From contig JAAYRV010000004.1 in assembly GCA_012518595.1 (NCBI GenBank), positions 52,304 through 116,303 on the forward strand: a stretch of DNA of 64,000 nucleotides. The letters run 5' to 3'. Position numbers and translations under genes: made by a program. Source of the stretch: Bacillota bacterium (GTDB lineage Bacteria; Bacillota; SHA-98; UBA4971). The notes under the pieces are model-generated. The model searched no databases. It was not told where the DNA came from and saw nothing but the letters and a program-made list of their open reading frames with translations. This document shows positions 63,556 to 64,000 of the stretch, in pieces (the first letter of the stretch is position 1; each line of letters starts with the position of its first letter).

Positions 63556-64000
63556 ATGACCAGGGGTACATTGAGCGATGATAAGAGCGTGAGGAAGCAC
63601 GCTAGTGCAAGGAATAGGAAGCCACGCTATCAGGGAGTGGTCGGTGCAATTACCGCTACTTTGGCTGTTCTTGCGCTTGTTTCGCTCTATGCTGAGTCTT
63701 ACGGTCAAGTGGGCGCTGCAGGGGCGGCAGGTATGAAGGTAGCATTTAGTCTTAGGCTTGTTGCAGGCAGACTGGCATTTCTCATCCCAGCCATAATATT
63801 ATATGTAGGCATCGAGCTTGTGATGGGACGTGACTGGCACGCTGTTATGCCTCGTCTGTTGGGTTGCATGTTTATTGTCCTCTCGGTACTGGGAATAGGT
63901 CAATCAGGCGTCATAGGAACTTGGGTATTTGACCGGCTCCGGTGGGCTTGCGGTACTGTCGGGGCGGGAATCGTACTTTGGTTTACTATTATTGCAGGCT
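63556..64000 (+). CDS. DNA translocase FtsK/SpoIIIE, N-terminal membrane domain (3' partial at the window end)
   Basis: ATG with GGGAGGA 5 nt upstream. Basic N-terminus 'RKHASARNRKPRYQ' then several TM helices. Same position as spoIIIE after ylzJ in Bacillus. Not in the ORF track because it has no stop inside the window. Confidence 0.4.
   Translation, partial: MTRGTLSDDKSVRKHASARNRKPRYQGVVGAITATLAVLALVSLYAESYGQVGAAGAAGMKVAFSLRLVAGRLAFLIPAIILYVGIELVMGRDWHAVMPRLLGCMFIVLSVLGIGQSGVIGTWVFDRLRWACGTVGAGIVLWFTIIAG

Noticed and set aside
1-64000. CRISPR arrays, tRNA/rRNA genes, transposases, integrases and phage genes
   Set aside because: I scanned the intergenic regions and found no repeat-spacer arrays, no cloverleaf-compatible 70-90-nt segments, and no recombinase or transposase-like ORFs in the window.

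Overview
This window looks like a core chromosomal region of an endospore-forming Firmicute (Clostridia-like, roughly 50% GC). It is gene-dense and mostly on the + strand. I found no tRNA, rRNA, CRISPR array, transposase or integrase. The gene content is housekeeping plus sporulation, and several blocks are syntenic with Bacillus subtilis (recalled from memory, not searched):
- hisS-aspS, followed by a GC-rich structured non-coding region that I interpret as a candidate 6S RNA, then rarA.
- A minimal ISC-type operon: Rrf2 regulator, cysteine desulfurase, IscU scaffold and mnmA.
- An alaS block: alaS, IreB-like, ruvX, DUF1292 protein, mltG, a class B PBP and sigK.
- priA-def-fmt-(YugP-like peptidase)-rsmB, then spoIVB-spo0A.
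- M16 peptidase, dpaA-dpaB, asd, aspartate kinase, dapA, RNase J, tepA-like, ylzJ-like and the N-terminus of ftsK/spoIIIE at the window end.
Several elements are inserted relative to that synteny:
- a sugar ABC uptake operon on the - strand;
- a macro-domain protein and an amidohydrolase;
- a four-gene SteA-like/SteB(MctB)-like/GT2/MraY-like-GT4 cluster downstream of spo0A;
- a group of spore-cortex enzymes (SleB/CwlJ-like hydrolase, two polysaccharide deacetylases, a GH18 with an SH3b domain);
- a Spo0E-like phosphatase coupled to a YflT-like glycine-zipper protein;
- an ABC ATPase with a large putative exporter permease;
- two Na/Pi-cotransporter paralogs flanking uppP.
I found no unambiguous novel defence or mobile system. 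The observations most worth follow-up are:
- the candidate 6S-like RNA after aspS;
- the MraY-like GT4 ORF, which has no canonical start codon and sits in the same reading frame as the upstream GT2 gene, separated only by a TAA;
- the SteA/SteB/GT2/GT4 module itself;
- the overlap between the M16 peptidase C-terminal tail and the Spo0E-like gene;
- a promoter-plus-terminator hairpin immediately upstream of rnj;
- tandem direct repeats upstream of the yqeG-like gene;
- a structured 268-nt leader upstream of dapB.
All functional calls come from reading the translated ORFs for recognisable motifs and from recalled family and synteny knowledge. No database search was run.
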